Of a DNA stretch of 64,000 nucleotides, positions 50,321 through 62,664 are shown piece after piece. Each line of letters starts with the position of its first letter. Within the stretch, counting starts at the first letter, position 1. The translations under genes were made by a program, and so were the position numbers. Under the pieces are notes generated by a model. It made no database searches. It was given only the letters and a program-made list of their open reading frames with translations, and was not told where the DNA came from. This DNA comes from Vicugna vicugna (taxonomy: Eukaryota), in the NCBI GenBank assembly GCA_013265495.1, contig MU058463.1:2255523-2319522 (forward strand), read 5' to 3'.

Positions 50321-52799
50321 ACTTGGATATGAGAGTAGAGACAGCGTTTAAACTCCTATGATTTTCTAGCTCCTTTGAATACAAAACAACCCCCCCAAAT
50401 CTTCGTTAATTCTTTTTTAAACCGGTTCATTTTATTTTTTCCTCTTTCTTTGGGAGAATGACAAGTATCAAAGAAAGGCCATTAAAAAAATCTTTCTTGT
50501 GACTAATGTTTCACTTCCTGGCACCCTGAGAGATAAAGTGTCAATTACCACTATGAGCACAGGACAATATCATAATAATTACGATGCAGAAGATCCCTCC
50601 CCCAAAAAGAGCCCAAAAGATGACAATTTAAAAAAATGCATTATCTTATTATTCTCATTTTAGAAATGAAGTAACTAAGATGCAGAAAGTTTAAGTAACT
50701 TGCCCAAGATAAGTCAAGGCATCAGGATTCAGACCCTGCTGGCCTAACTAGAACTCAGGCTCTCATTGGCCACACCACCTACCATTGCCCTGGGGTGGGA
50801 CAAAGATAGGGCTGAAGGGGCAGGTCATTCTTAGGTTAAGTTAACCAGTTAATACAGTTAATCCACAAGCACACTCTATTAAAAAAAAAAAAAGGGTAAC
50901 AAACAAATAATTTCCTTTATTTCCAGAATGTGCAGTCCAGGGCTCATTAGCTGCGGCCATCACCTACCTCTTTCCCGACACTGAAACAGGACTGCCATAC
51001 CCCAAATTAACAAAGATCATCACTTGTCCAGAGTTCACAAAGATCTTTCTGTGCCCACAGCTCCTAATGATGCTGTCATTAGTTAAATAAACAAATCACT
51101 CGACTGGTAACAGAAAGGTCAAACAAATACATCTGCTAACTGGCTGATTAGCCCATGTCCCAGCAACGAGGGGATCCTCAAGGGGGAATCAGAATTTTAC
51201 TCCTTAGCTTTTTGGACTGTCTCTTGCTGTCCAACGAGTAACACTGGGTGAGGATACTACTTTAAACCAGTAAACCCCAATAATGTATGCAAAGAGGGGC
51301 AGGTCTGATACAGAATGGGGGAGGGGTGGATGAAACTCCGACATGTCCCCTCCTCTTGGTCCCATCACTTCCCTTTCCTCTCCTGACTACTAACCTTCCA
51401 AGGCATGTGGCTGCCTGCTGTGTCTGGGACACTCTGTACTTTCACAAGCTAAAAGGACACAGACTTCTCGAGGCTGTATGGCAGAACATACTGCCAACTG
51501 GAATCAGACAAGCTGGGATGAAATCTTGACTCCACCACCTCCCATTGTGTGACGTGCCCAAATGCTTTGAGTCCTCTGAGCCTCAGTCCTCTCATTTCTA
51601 CAGTTGGGACATGAATAGCATCTGTTTTATGAAACTGATGTGAAGAGTAAACACATGTCAGCTCCCAGAACCCCACAAATAAAAGTTCCTCTGGATTGAT
51701 TGAAAGTGGTGACATATGACTATCTCTAAGCAGCACTTTTTCCCTATAGGTCTCTTTGCTTAACACGTTTCTGACCTTCTCTTTCGGAACTGCTTCCAAC
51801 ATGAGTACCTTTGGTGATGACAAATCTCTTTCTTTTGGGGATACATTATGACCAGAGCAGTTATTTAGGGCCAACACTGGTACTGAGAAAAGGAGCATCC
51901 TTTCTGTCAAACATGAGGGTTGACTGTGAAGTCCTAATCTGGCCCAATACACAAGTTCCTATCAGCTGCCACCACTCCCCATTCCATGCATTCAGAGTTC
52001 CCCAAACCTCACCATTCCTCGAATGAGCATAGCCTTTCCTGCTTCCAGGGCTTTGCACAGGCTCTTCCTCCTGAATGGAATGGCATACCCTGACCCATCT
52101 GGAAAAATCCTAATTACCTGACACACCAGCCCATATTCAACCCTCTGTAAACCTTCTCCTCTGCCAAGGAGGCACAATGGCACCAGTTAAGAACAAGGAC
52201 CACTTGGATATGAGCCCAATGACAGGGCTCAAGAGAAGCAGCAGGTAAGGTGGTGATGTGTGTGGATCAGGAAGTCAGGCTGCCTAAAGCTGAATCCTGC
52301 CTCTGCAATATGATCATGAGCTCCTGTCTCAGTTTCCTCAACAGTGAAACAAGATAAAGAGTGGTGGCTACTTCAAAAAGGCTTCTTCAAGCTTTCAAAA
52401 AGGCTACTTCAAAGGTTTATTTTAGAGATTAGATGAAGTACCCAGAATACTACCCAGCAAATGTCTATCGATCTATCATTTCTTAGCTGGGCGACCTTGA
52501 GTGGGTTATTTAACCTTTTTGCATCTCAATTTCTTGACTTTAAAATGAGGAAAAGAAAAACAGCACCAACTTCACGGGATTCTTAAGGATTAAGTAAAAT
52601 AATGTATACAACTTGCTTAGTACATAATTGTATAAAGAGCTTTACATATGGCAGGATTTCAATAAAATGGTAGTTTTAAAAAAAAGTTGTTTCTTCTAAA
52701 CTCTGTAACACCTTACTTGTATCTCTATCTGGCACATATCAGATTATATTACAATAGCCTTGCCTGGTAACTCTTTGAGGAAAGGAACTTTATTCCTTC

Positions 52800-53240
52800 T
52801 GATAAAGGGAAAACCAGTTCAGCTGGCAACTAGGATGTGAGTGGGGAACTGAAAATTGAAACAGATACCGCAACTTGCAAAACTGTATTATGAATCACAA
52901 AACAGAAAAACAGTACAAAATCATGACACGTAAGACAAACTAAGTTCAGATTCTTAACACAACCTCATTCAGACCTATGGTATTCTAAATAAGACAACAA
53001 ACTAACTTAACAATCACTCCACACAAAGCCATGGGTACCAAAGATAAGACTACTGATTGTTCCAGCAACTTCCTAGCTTACAAATTCTGACCAATCTCTG
53101 CCAAGGCCACCCTATGACTAACTCTGTCCTGCAAACTCTGTAGATATTCTTCCCTAATTTCCACCTGTTGAAATGTTGAATTTTCCATCATGTGTGGCAC
53201 TCCTCTGCTATAGCCGGCTAATAAAGATTTGTCTGTTTGA
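52800..53240 (+). mobile_element. Old ERV1-type LTR (MER34/MER90-like)
   Basis: TG start, CCAATC, CTCCTCTGCTATAGC..CTAATAAAG end typical of MER34-group LTRs. Confidence 0.4.
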
Positions 53241-55494
53241 AAAAAAGAAAAAAAGTACTATCTATTGTATGTTAGAATAAAACAGTGAGTGGAAAAAAAG
53301 CTTTTGCCTTCAAGGAACCAAATCTTTCCATGTGGTATAGACAAATATTAACAATACGGTGTGATATAATTATGATCGAGATAATACTGTGAATACTTGG
53401 CCCAGGGATGTCTTCCTGGAGGAAGTAATTTTTAAGCTAAATCTTGAAGGGTGATTAGGAGTTAGGGAAAGAACAGGGTTGAGTATGGTAAATGTGCTAA
53501 ACAGCAGGGGTCTCTTGTGCAAAAAACAAAGAACCGCATGGCTTGGAATAGAATAAAGAACAGCTAGGAATAGATTAAGGATTTTCTAGGCCCCATGCCT
53601 CAAAAATATTGTAATTTTCTTCCATTTGCAAATCAAAATAAAAATGCTAACTATAAAATACATGTAGGAAAGTTTTTCTCTCCATGTTTAGTTTAATACT
53701 TTAAAAGAAATCTCAAATGCTCTAAAAAATATTCATGTTCCTAATGAACATGAATGAACAAGAAACTTGGTGGTTTCTTCAGCATAAACCAGTCTGTCTA
53801 TCGCATAGTACACTACTTTTTGGGCAACTACAAATATTTTGGTGTGCCACCATCGTAGAGTGCGAAAGGTTAAGAAGTCAGAGATAAAGCTGGAGAGCAA
53901 GGCAGGCACCAAGTAATGAAAGATTTAGTAAAGATGTGGTTAAAGATGCTGTCTTTGTTGTCAGCTGATCTGGGTTCAATCTCTGCCATGCTTGGGCACT
54001 CTCCGTATATGCCTGGGCAACTCAAAGCCTTAATTTCCTCAGTTGTAAAATGGAAATGCTAAATTGTGATGATTAACTATAATAAATATAGACCACTTAG
54101 CAGTGCTTAAAATTATAAAATACACTTAATTTCAATAAGGTATTATTATTAATAAATTTGTTCTTCAGCTTGAGAAACGGGAGTCAATAAAGAGTTTTAA
54201 GTAGTGATATGATTAGAATGAGCTTTTATGGATTTCTTTGGCTGCAGTGTCGCCTAGGCTGAATGACAACAAGTAGCTTCTAGGTGTGCTTAAGAGGAAG
54301 ACTCAATAGGTATTATATTACTGATTGGACGGAGGTTGAGGACATATACCCATGTTGCATGAATACATATATTACATATTCCTGTACATGCACACATTTA
54401 CAAAGTCCCTATGAACTGCTACAGATGATGGCAGATAGACGTAAATCTCAGTTCTGGAGGAATCAAATATGTAGTATTATTAAAATCATCTGTTGGTGAA
54501 ATGATGTGATATCAATCTGCCAAAATAATTTGAAATGATGTAGGGAGAGAGGACAGAGTGTCAATGAAATAAGATTGACCATGACCCAACTATGTTGAGA
54601 CAGGATAATAGGAAAGATTATACTTTTTTCTGCTTTTGCATACATTAAAATTTTTCCATAACAAAAAACATTTAAAATATATTAAGGCAGGGAGACTCAG
54701 AAATCAAAAAGAACTCTGGGAGGGCCTTATAGCCTGGCTAGAATTCAAGTTCTGTGAGGGCAGAGGCCTTGCAGGTCTTGTTCACACCTGTACCTCCAGG
54801 CTTAGAACAGTTCATAGCCACACAGTAGTCTCTCAGTTTGTGTTCGTTGAAGGAATGAACACTGGGGAAGAAAACTCAAAACCTGAGTTAGAGTCTGACA
54901 GCTTAGACTGAGAGCCAAGATTCCTGGGCGTCCTTTCATCTTTCATGCTACATTTGATATCCCATTCGCTGTGTAAGGAAAAAGACCTCAAGAAAACCAC
55001 CCTGAGAGAGCAAAGCAGATTCATAAACTTCACTTTGGAAATCCATGAGAAGGTGTTTACATGCTTACATGCACATAATCCCTAGCAAGCCTCTGCAGGG
55101 ACTCTGTCATATTTCCTCTCACTGTTTTTTAAAAAACAAATATTTACTGTGGAGATGTCCTTTTCCTTTAAGCCGAGAATCAGAAGAAAACTATGTACAC
55201 CCTCTCCCCTCTCCCCTCTTTTATACTATGGCTAACAGAGGGGAGGAATAAACGGTCTTTTGAAGAAGGCTCACCTCTACATTTTGTTCTCATTTCCTTA
55301 GTAGCCTTAGAAAAAAACTGTCTACTACAGAAGTAATGATGTAGAACCTTCAATTAGGGCTTTTGAAATTCAAGCCCACTTTTATTGGGGGCCAGAATCC
55401 GAGCAGGAAAAAACGACCAATAGCACTGAAACAGCAGGCATCAGGCACAACTGAATTCCCACGTGAAGCACCCTCTAAAGTTTGCAACCTGCCC

Positions 55495-55792
55495 CGACTA
55501 GGACAAGAGCCACCAGCAATGTGTGGCCACTGAGCATTTGTGATGCAGCTTGTTTGAACTGAGATGTGCTTTTAAGTGTAAAACAAACACGATTTCAAAG
55601 ACTCAGTAACAGCAACAACATAAAGTATCTCAATAATTTTTATATTAATTGTGCAATGAAATGATATTTTGGATAAATTGGGCAAAATATATTAATAAAG
55701 TTAATTCCATTTTTTTAACTTAAAATAATATGTGGCCACCAGGAAATTAAAAATTACATACATGGCTCACATTACATTTTTATTGAGACAGT
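55495..55792. mobile_element. MER33-like hAT-Charlie element
   Basis: TGTGGCCACTGAGCATTTG...AACTGAGATGTGCT..TAAGTGTAAAAC...GATTTCAAAGACT...AAATTACATACATGGCTCACATT. Confidence 0.75.
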
Positions 55793-56359
55793 TTGTTTTT
55801 TTTTTAAATGTAAGGACTTTTCCTCTCCATATGTAGAATAAAAAAAGCAAAAGAGCTCAGTGTATTACTAGCACACTCCCAGTCCACTTACTCTGTAGTT
55901 TCGGATCCCTTCTATAAAAGTGCTGCTATATGGAGTGACTATAACCAATTACAGGTACCGATGGAGTGCCCACTGAAGAACTGCTGATTGTCCCACAAAC
56001 TCTTTTTCCTTAGAAGCGCTCTGATCTTATTAAGGGGGAAATGATAGAATGTCCTCCGATCCCAGTTTACACTATTAGAATTGCTGAAGTGTTTCTTCTT
56101 CAATTGCCTAAGGATAAACCTCACAACAGCAAGCATTATTTTTCTTTTTCAAGTTATCAGTGCCTATTCTCAGATGAGAAAACTATATTCCCTTCATTAA
56201 TATGCTTCTGATTCACTTCTAGGGAAATAAAAATCCTGGCATTATTATGTTAAGAGCGATTTGCCTCTCTTCTGTGATATTTAAAAATCCCCAATTTAAG
56301 CTTTCTCTTTTAGAAGAAGTATCTGTGTATGTGTGTTCATGTTTTCAATTCATCCTGCC

Positions 56360-56925
56360 ACAGTGGGAAACTTTCAATGGCTGTGCATCATATTTTAAGT
56401 AAAATCTAGTTCAAAAATTTTAACATGTCCCATGTTTACCTAGTTTAACCAACAGCCATGTTTCCCCCTGCCTGGATACCCTCCCACCTTTCTGGCTTTC
56501 TTTAAGATCCTGGCTCTTCCTTACCTCAGAACATCCCATAAACTATTACGTCTGCCTTGAATGTTCCTGTCGGTCTTTTGTTTCACATGGCTAACTTCTC
56601 CTCATTACTCCCTTTCTTAACTTCTACTCGTTATTCCCTTTCTTAACCATTTAAGTATTGTATCTCAGAGAAGCCATGCTTGAGCCTTTCCAGTCCAAAT
56701 TGTTATAAAGGTTCATAATTCCTTTTATTTTCTTTCATAATACCTAATATAATTTGTAATTGTTTTTTCCTATATGATTTCCCATGAAATGTCTCTCCTC
56801 TAAATTAGGCTATAAGCTCCACAGGGCAGATATGTTTTCTTTGTCCACCACCGTATTCTCAGCAAGTAGTAGTAGTATGTTCGAAACAGAGTAGACCTTC
56901 AGTAAACATTTGTTGAATGATGAAT
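56360..56925 (+). mobile_element. L2 3' end
   Basis: TAAGCTCCACAGGGCAGA...CAGTAAACATTTGTTGAATGATGAAT. Confidence 0.65.
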
Positions 56926-57235
56926 TGGAAAGACCTAATACAGTGCAGAGTTGAAAACAGGAGATAAGGAAGTAACTGATGAAACGAGGTGCTTAAGGAG
57001 GCCATAGGGGATAAAGTGTATGTATACTAAAAAATAAAATGATAGGTGCTAAATTAATGATGGCCAAAGAAAGTCAAAAGTTTGTTAGAATGTACACCTT
57101 GGGAGAGATCATATTAAATTGAAGTGGCTAGGGGTGGTTCTAAAGAAGTAATTGGGGCAGAAGGCATGGTTAGGTTTTCTTGTTAACTGTGATTTCTAAA
57201 AAAATTAATAAAAATAGAATGAATAAGACGACTTG

Positions 57236-57613
57236 TGTCATAGATTGGATTTTTTGGAAAGCAGATGTTGAGATGGAGTTAGAAGTACAACAGATTTACT
57301 GGAGAATAACATTTGTGGAAGGGAAAGGGAGGAATTGGGTAGGGGGAGCTATCAAGATTGCCATGCAGGTCGGACAAAGCCTCTGTCATCCTAACATGGC
57401 GAAGGTCCTTATACTATGCCTTATTCAGTCTTTAGCTAAGGATGGGTATGGGAAAGAGGGGTAGCCTTGACAATGGTATAACTTCAGCTTGGAAGCTGAG
57501 GTGAACTCAGAAAGAATGAACAACTGGAGGCTATCAGCTAACTGCATGCCTTGCCGCTGGGCAGTGAGTCCTTTCTTGAAGGTAGCTCTGAGTGCACCTC
57601 TGTAACCGCCACA
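57236..57613 (-). mobile_element. Old ERVL LTR (LTR16/LTR33-like)
   Basis: TGTCATAGATTGG..GGAAAGCAGATGTTGAGATGGAGTT...CCACA. Confidence 0.55.
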
Positions 57614-57649
57614 CATTGTAGGATGCCAATTCAAGCCGAATTAATTTAT

Positions 57650-58200
57650 AAACTCAATGAAGAATTTTTTTTGCCAAGCTCAACAATCTTGTTCTAAGAA
57701 GTATTTGGTATATGTGCTGCCGAAGCGAGCACTCTAAGAAGTATTTGGAAGACCAAAGGTTCACATTTAGCTGAGTCAAATCTGAAAGAGACGAGCAAAG
57801 GGGAGCATTTGCCCTATTATGTATTAAGATAGTCTGTAACATGATGGTAAATAACAACAACACATTTACTGGTGTAGTCACAAAGAGACCAGCTGAAGAG
57901 GTCAGAACCAGAGCCACATACAACTGGAAATATGAATATACATAAAGCTGGTATCAAAAATCAATGGGGAAGGGAAAGACTGCTGAGCAAAATTATAGAG
58001 AAAAACTGGCTTGCTGTTTAGAGAAAAAATAGACTAGATCCTCACCTTACACCAAATAAAGGAATGTGTTCCAGAGAGAATAAAGACCTAAACATGATTC
58101 TCTGGAGAGAGTAATGACTATAAAAGAAATAGAAGAAAAATATAGAATATGTTCGTGATGTTGAAATACAGGCTAAGTTTTTAATCAAGACCCCCAAAGC
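57650..58200 (+). mobile_element. Old L1M ORF2 remnant hosting the U6 micro-insertion
   Basis: Degenerate L1 ORF2 (LNNLVLRSIWKTK ~ L.K.IL.FIW..K); ACTAGATCCTCACCTTACACCA. Confidence 0.6.
57708..57732 (-). pseudogene. RNU6: Tailless U6 snRNA retropseudogene (U6 nt 1-25)
   Basis: Reverse complement is GTGCTCGCTTCGGCAGCACATATAC, identical to the U6 5' end; perfect 16-bp TSD TCTAAGAAGTATTTGG at 57693-57708 and 57733-57748. Confidence 0.95.
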
Positions 58201-58409
58201 ACCACTGAGAGTAATAAGATCATCTCCATTAACTAGGAGAGAGAACAGGAAGAATCTAAGGAGGAGCTAAATACACCCTAGAGAATATTCCTAGGATGAG
58301 GGCAGCAAAGTAAGAAAAGGAGATCTATCAGGAGAGATATCATTATGACTTGCCTAGCGAAAATATTCCCGATGCCTCTACTTTCTTCTTATTTAAAATG
58401 AAGCACATA

Positions 58410-59900
58410 TCCTTCAATAAACAAAGACATTTTTGAGTTCCAGACACAGTGCTAAGTGCAGGAAGTACAAAAAAGAATATACTTGAGTTCTAATCCTTAA
58501 AAAGCTCATAATCTAGTTTGGGAAACAGATGAAAAAACTAAATGTTTTAATGTCTATTCTATAGGTAGGAACCAAGAAGCAACTACCTTTGCCTAGGGCA
58601 TCTGGTATCTGAGCAACAAAAAGTGATTGCAGGCAAAAGTAACAACACTAACAAAGCCACAGGGCTTTGAAAGAGTATGGTGTGTTGGAAAATGTTAAGT
58701 AGGTAACCTAATACTGGACATTCTGGAATGTTTGTTATTGAATAGAGAAAGTAGTCTATGGGGATTGTTTTAGTCTTTTCTTAGTTGCCCTGCTTATCAC
58801 AGTACCTAATCATCACCTTTGAAGACAAAGCCAAAGATGAAGCACTGAACTGATGAGGGATGAATGTTAAAGGTTAAGAAGAGAAGCACGCTAGGAAGTT
58901 GTGGAGTGATAATAAACACTGTAACCACGGATTTAGAAGAGGAAGAGACTGCTATCAGCTATACTGTTCAGGGCAGATTTCATGGAAGTGTCAGGGCTTC
59001 ATCTGATCACTCAAAAAATTGAGAGTTGAAAATTGACTGTATATATCAGGAGCCATGCATGGAGCTGGAGATTCAAAGCCATGAACAGTCTACTAATGAA
59101 CAGATAATCAGATAATCACAAAAATAAAGCAATTAGCATTATTAGACCCAAGCACAGGCTGATGTGATAGAACCTCAGAGGGACTCTTGCTTTAGAGCAG
59201 GGAGGGCAAGGATGTGTTCCCAAAGGTGATGTATGCACTGAATTTTGATGGATGAGTAGGATTACATCAAGTGCAAGGAGGGAAACAATTTGCAATGGAT
59301 CAGTTGAGTGAGAGAACACACCTCTTTCAAGGAACATAAAATAGTTCATCACGGCTGGAGCAAAGGTTCAGAGGCAGCAAAAAAAGTTTCTAAGGCAAAT
59401 ATAAATGGTTTGAATATACAAGGCCTTTCATAGGTGGTATAGAATTTAGATTTTTATCCAGAAGACAATGTGGAAGTTGCTGAAGATTTTAAGCAGGGAA
59501 GTGACGTGATTAGAGTCACGTTTACAATAATTGCTATTACAGGCAATGATGATAAAGGCAACTGAAGATGAACTGATATGGGGGTAGCTAAGAGGCAGAG
59601 AAATTAAAAGGCTGTTGCCATTGTTTTGGAAAAATATGAGCAGGCTTCCAAAATACAGTAGCAGTGGTACTGAGAGAGAAAGATGAGCAAAGTTTTGAGT
59701 AGCCAGAGAAAGAAATGGAAGCCTTCCCTGTGGAAATGATGTGCATAAATGTTTGGAGGAGGGGAGGGTGAGCAGATCGGTTTACCTGAAGCATGCAGTA
59801 TTTGATGGAAGAACGATGATTAGCTACAATGGAGGATCAGAGTTACCCAACAGCTGGTGATGATATTGAAAACACTGGTGGAGTTCGCCTGTGGGAGGCT
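58410..59900 (-). mobile_element. L2 remnants
   Basis: CAGACACAGTGCTAAGTGCAGG; GAAGATTTTAAGCAGGGAAGTGACGTGAT. Confidence 0.6.
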
Positions 59901-59967
59901 ATTCAACAGAAAGGCTAAACAATTAGGATTTTACATTTTTCCCTAGCAATGTTAAATATATAAATTA

Positions 59968-60262
59968 TTTTTAATTGTGGTAAAATTTTACCATTTTAAT
60001 CATTTTTAAGTGTACAGTTCACAACACTCACAATGATGCACAACCATCAAAGCCACCTATCTCTAGAACTTTTTCATCATTCCAAACTGAAATTTTTTAC
60101 TCATTAAAAAAATAACTCCCTATTCTCCCCCACCCCTCTGGCCTCCGGCAACTAACATTCTATTTTTCTGTCTCTAGCGGTTTGGCTACTCTAGATACCT
60201 CACTTAAGTGGAAATAACAGACTTTTTGCCTTTTTGTGTCCAGCTTATTTCACTTAGCTAAA
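59968..60262 (-). mobile_element. L1MA/MB 3' end
   Basis: TTTTAATTGTGGTAAAA...TTTTAAGTGTACAGTTCA...CTAGAACTTTTTCATCATTCCAAACTGAAA. Confidence 0.8.
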
Positions 60263-60849
60263 TCACTTTAATCAACACCCTGGTTATTCAGTAGCTGACT
60301 TCTATGCTATACCTTAAAACAAATGTCTAGCTTTTCTTACTTGATCAAATCTTTCCCACTTATTAAGGACACTTTACTCTAGCAAATTATAAACTCAGAC
60401 AATTTAGTCTACCACTGTGTCTGCCATAAAGAGCTTTTTATTGGTCTATTTACTGTCTTTACACTATGAATTTTTTCATTTCATTATGGTTTATGGGCAC
60501 TGGACCTTTTGCAAAATTCCACCTAGTACAATGGTAGTAAATAATAGCAAATAGAACAAGGGAGGCAGGAATCAAATTTATCTGACCACCCTGGAGAAAG
60601 GAAGTTATTTATTTAGGATGCTGATATGAAGCCTCTCTCTTTTGATACTATGTAATTTCCCTATCTGGGGCTGAATTGGCCGTAAATGGAGAAAATTTCT
60701 GGCTGGGGAAAAGTCATAAAGTTTCAGATGATTGGAGGCTACCTGAGAACTGTCAAGGGCTAGGGACATCCCTAGGTCACCAGTGCTCTGCCAATTAATG
60801 AATCGAATAATTTTGTACAAGACGCTAATCCTCTGGAGGTCTCAGTGCG

Positions 60850-61990
60850 TTAGATTCGACCAGCCCGTTCTTCCCTGTTTTGTCCACATCACAGCACAAA
60901 CGGAACACAGTACTGCAGGACCGTGAGATTAACGGCAGAGGCAGTACAGCGCAGCACACCTGTAACCCCTGGCCGCCTCGCGTCCCGGCAAATCCGAGTG
61001 GACGCTCTCCCAGGAGAGCTCCAGTCCGCAGGTTCGTTCCAGCTGATGCGTCACGCCGTCTGTTACAGACGACGAGCTTGGGTTCCCGTTGTTCCTGAAG
61101 TCAGCAGCCTTTCGCTCCTTCTGAAAAAAAGAGAGCCTTCATTCCTTAAGAGGACCAAAGCGTGGAAAAGCACAAGGGCCACAAACCACGCAAATACGCA
61201 AAAGTCCCACTACCGCGCTTCCCAGCGCGCGCTCTCCGCCCGTCTTACGTCTCTTCCCAGCAGGCTCCGGGAGTCACCGCGAGACTTCATCAATTCTCGC
61301 GAGATTTATCGGCAGCCATCTTCTTGGGGGTGCTGGGAGCCGGGAAGACCCCCCGAATCGTTCCCATTCAGCTGTCCTTCGTCTTTGCTTTCTTCACTTT
61401 TGCCTCTTCTGCGTTGCCAACAAGCACCTGGTCCGAAGGCTGAGAGAAAGCCCGGGTCTAGGCGCGTGTCGCGCGCTCGGTCCGGGAAGATTCGCTGTGG
61501 TGGAGGGAAGGGGGAGGGCCCAGGCAAACCGTTGCTGCCTCAACCCGGGTCGGGGTCTGGGGAGGGGGAGCGCCTGACACCCTGTGAACTCGCGGCCTGC
61601 GGCGGTCCCCGCGGAGCTGTTGCGGATCGGGGCTCGCGGGAACCTGCCACCGGCGCCTCCCACCGCGGCCCACGCGGGCGGCGCGCGGAGGAGGGGGCGG
61701 GGGCAGCGGCGGCTGTAGCGGCCGCGACCTGGGCGGGCTGAGGAGTGTGACGGGCCTCGGGGCCGCTGTGGATGGTTTCTAAAATGATCATTGAAAACTT
61801 CGAGGCACTCAAGTCCTGGCTCAGCAAGACTCTCGAGCCCATGTGAGTATCCGGGGGCTATTTCCTTGCAGGGATGGAAGTGGGAGATAGGTGGACACAA
61901 CAGATGTGTGCAGTTTCCCCAGGTGCCTGCGGTGGAGGCCGAAGAGGTGAACGGAGGTCCCAGTGCTCTTGTGTTTTTTCCTCCTCTTCC
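60850..61990. promoter_or_regulatory. RBM26: CpG island / RBM26 promoter and 5'UTR (probably bidirectional)
   Basis: CpG-rich; perfect TCTCGCGAGA at 61295-61304, YY1-type GCCATCTT at 61315-61322, GC boxes. Confidence 0.88.
61772..61842 (+). CDS. RBM26: RNA-binding motif protein 26, coding exon 1 (71 nt, phase 2; start of PWI-like domain); gene continues right
   Basis: ATGGTTTCTAAAATG...GAGCCCAT|GTGAGT encodes MVSKMIIENFEALKSWLSKTLEPI, identical to recalled mammalian RBM26 N-terminus; in-frame upstream TGA at 61748-61750. Confidence 0.96.
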
Positions 61991-62664
61991 ACCCTCGCTC
62001 CAGGTTCAGGATACCCCTGGGAGCCCGAGCTGACCTTTTATCGCTGAATTGGTCCTTAAACCAATGTCTCTTCCTCTTGTTTTCCCGTTATATGTAGACC
62101 AACCCCAAACTACAACTCGAACTCGTATTTGCCGAGGGCCCTTAAATCTTTTTTTTTTTTTTTGAAGTGAATCCGACCGTAATTTCCTGTCCACAGACCA
62201 TTTTGCTTTGTTTCTTTAAATGAAGTGAATAGCCCTTATTAGGGATTAGGACAGTTCTAGTCTAAGCCACTCACGGTTTACCTAAATAAAATCCCTGAAA
62301 AGAAAGGCCATGTCTCCCATGTGCTATCTGGCTCATCAGCACCTCTCTTCACTGATTGAAGATGTAACAGGTGCTACGGTGCCCAGTAAAATTCCCTTTT
62401 CCCACCTACACGTTTGTTCGCTTGGAGGAAGAAAATACAGTCTGTCCATATGGAATATTTAGCAGTTTTAAGTAGGATTCTATAGGGGTGTGTGGGTGTT
62501 TTGATGGAGGGGGGTTCAGAGTGCTGAAATGTAATAAATGGGAAAAATTAAGGAGTGTTTTAAGGATTTATCTTTTAATACATACAAAATATATCATAGG
62601 CCAAGGGCTTTATCAAAATTGGTTGATTTACAGTAAACAGCTTAAAATGCAATGGGTAAAAATC

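Noticed and set aside
51449..51952. 167-aa minus-strand ORF
   Set aside because: Runs through a MIR remnant (VPTVEMRGLRLRGLK is typical MIR translation); no recognisable homology.
60923..61741. 272-aa plus-strand ORF and overlapping ORFs in the RBM26 CpG island
   Set aside because: GTG start, low-complexity R/G/P/A composition from stop-poor GC-rich DNA, and separated from the RBM26 ATG by two in-frame TGAs.
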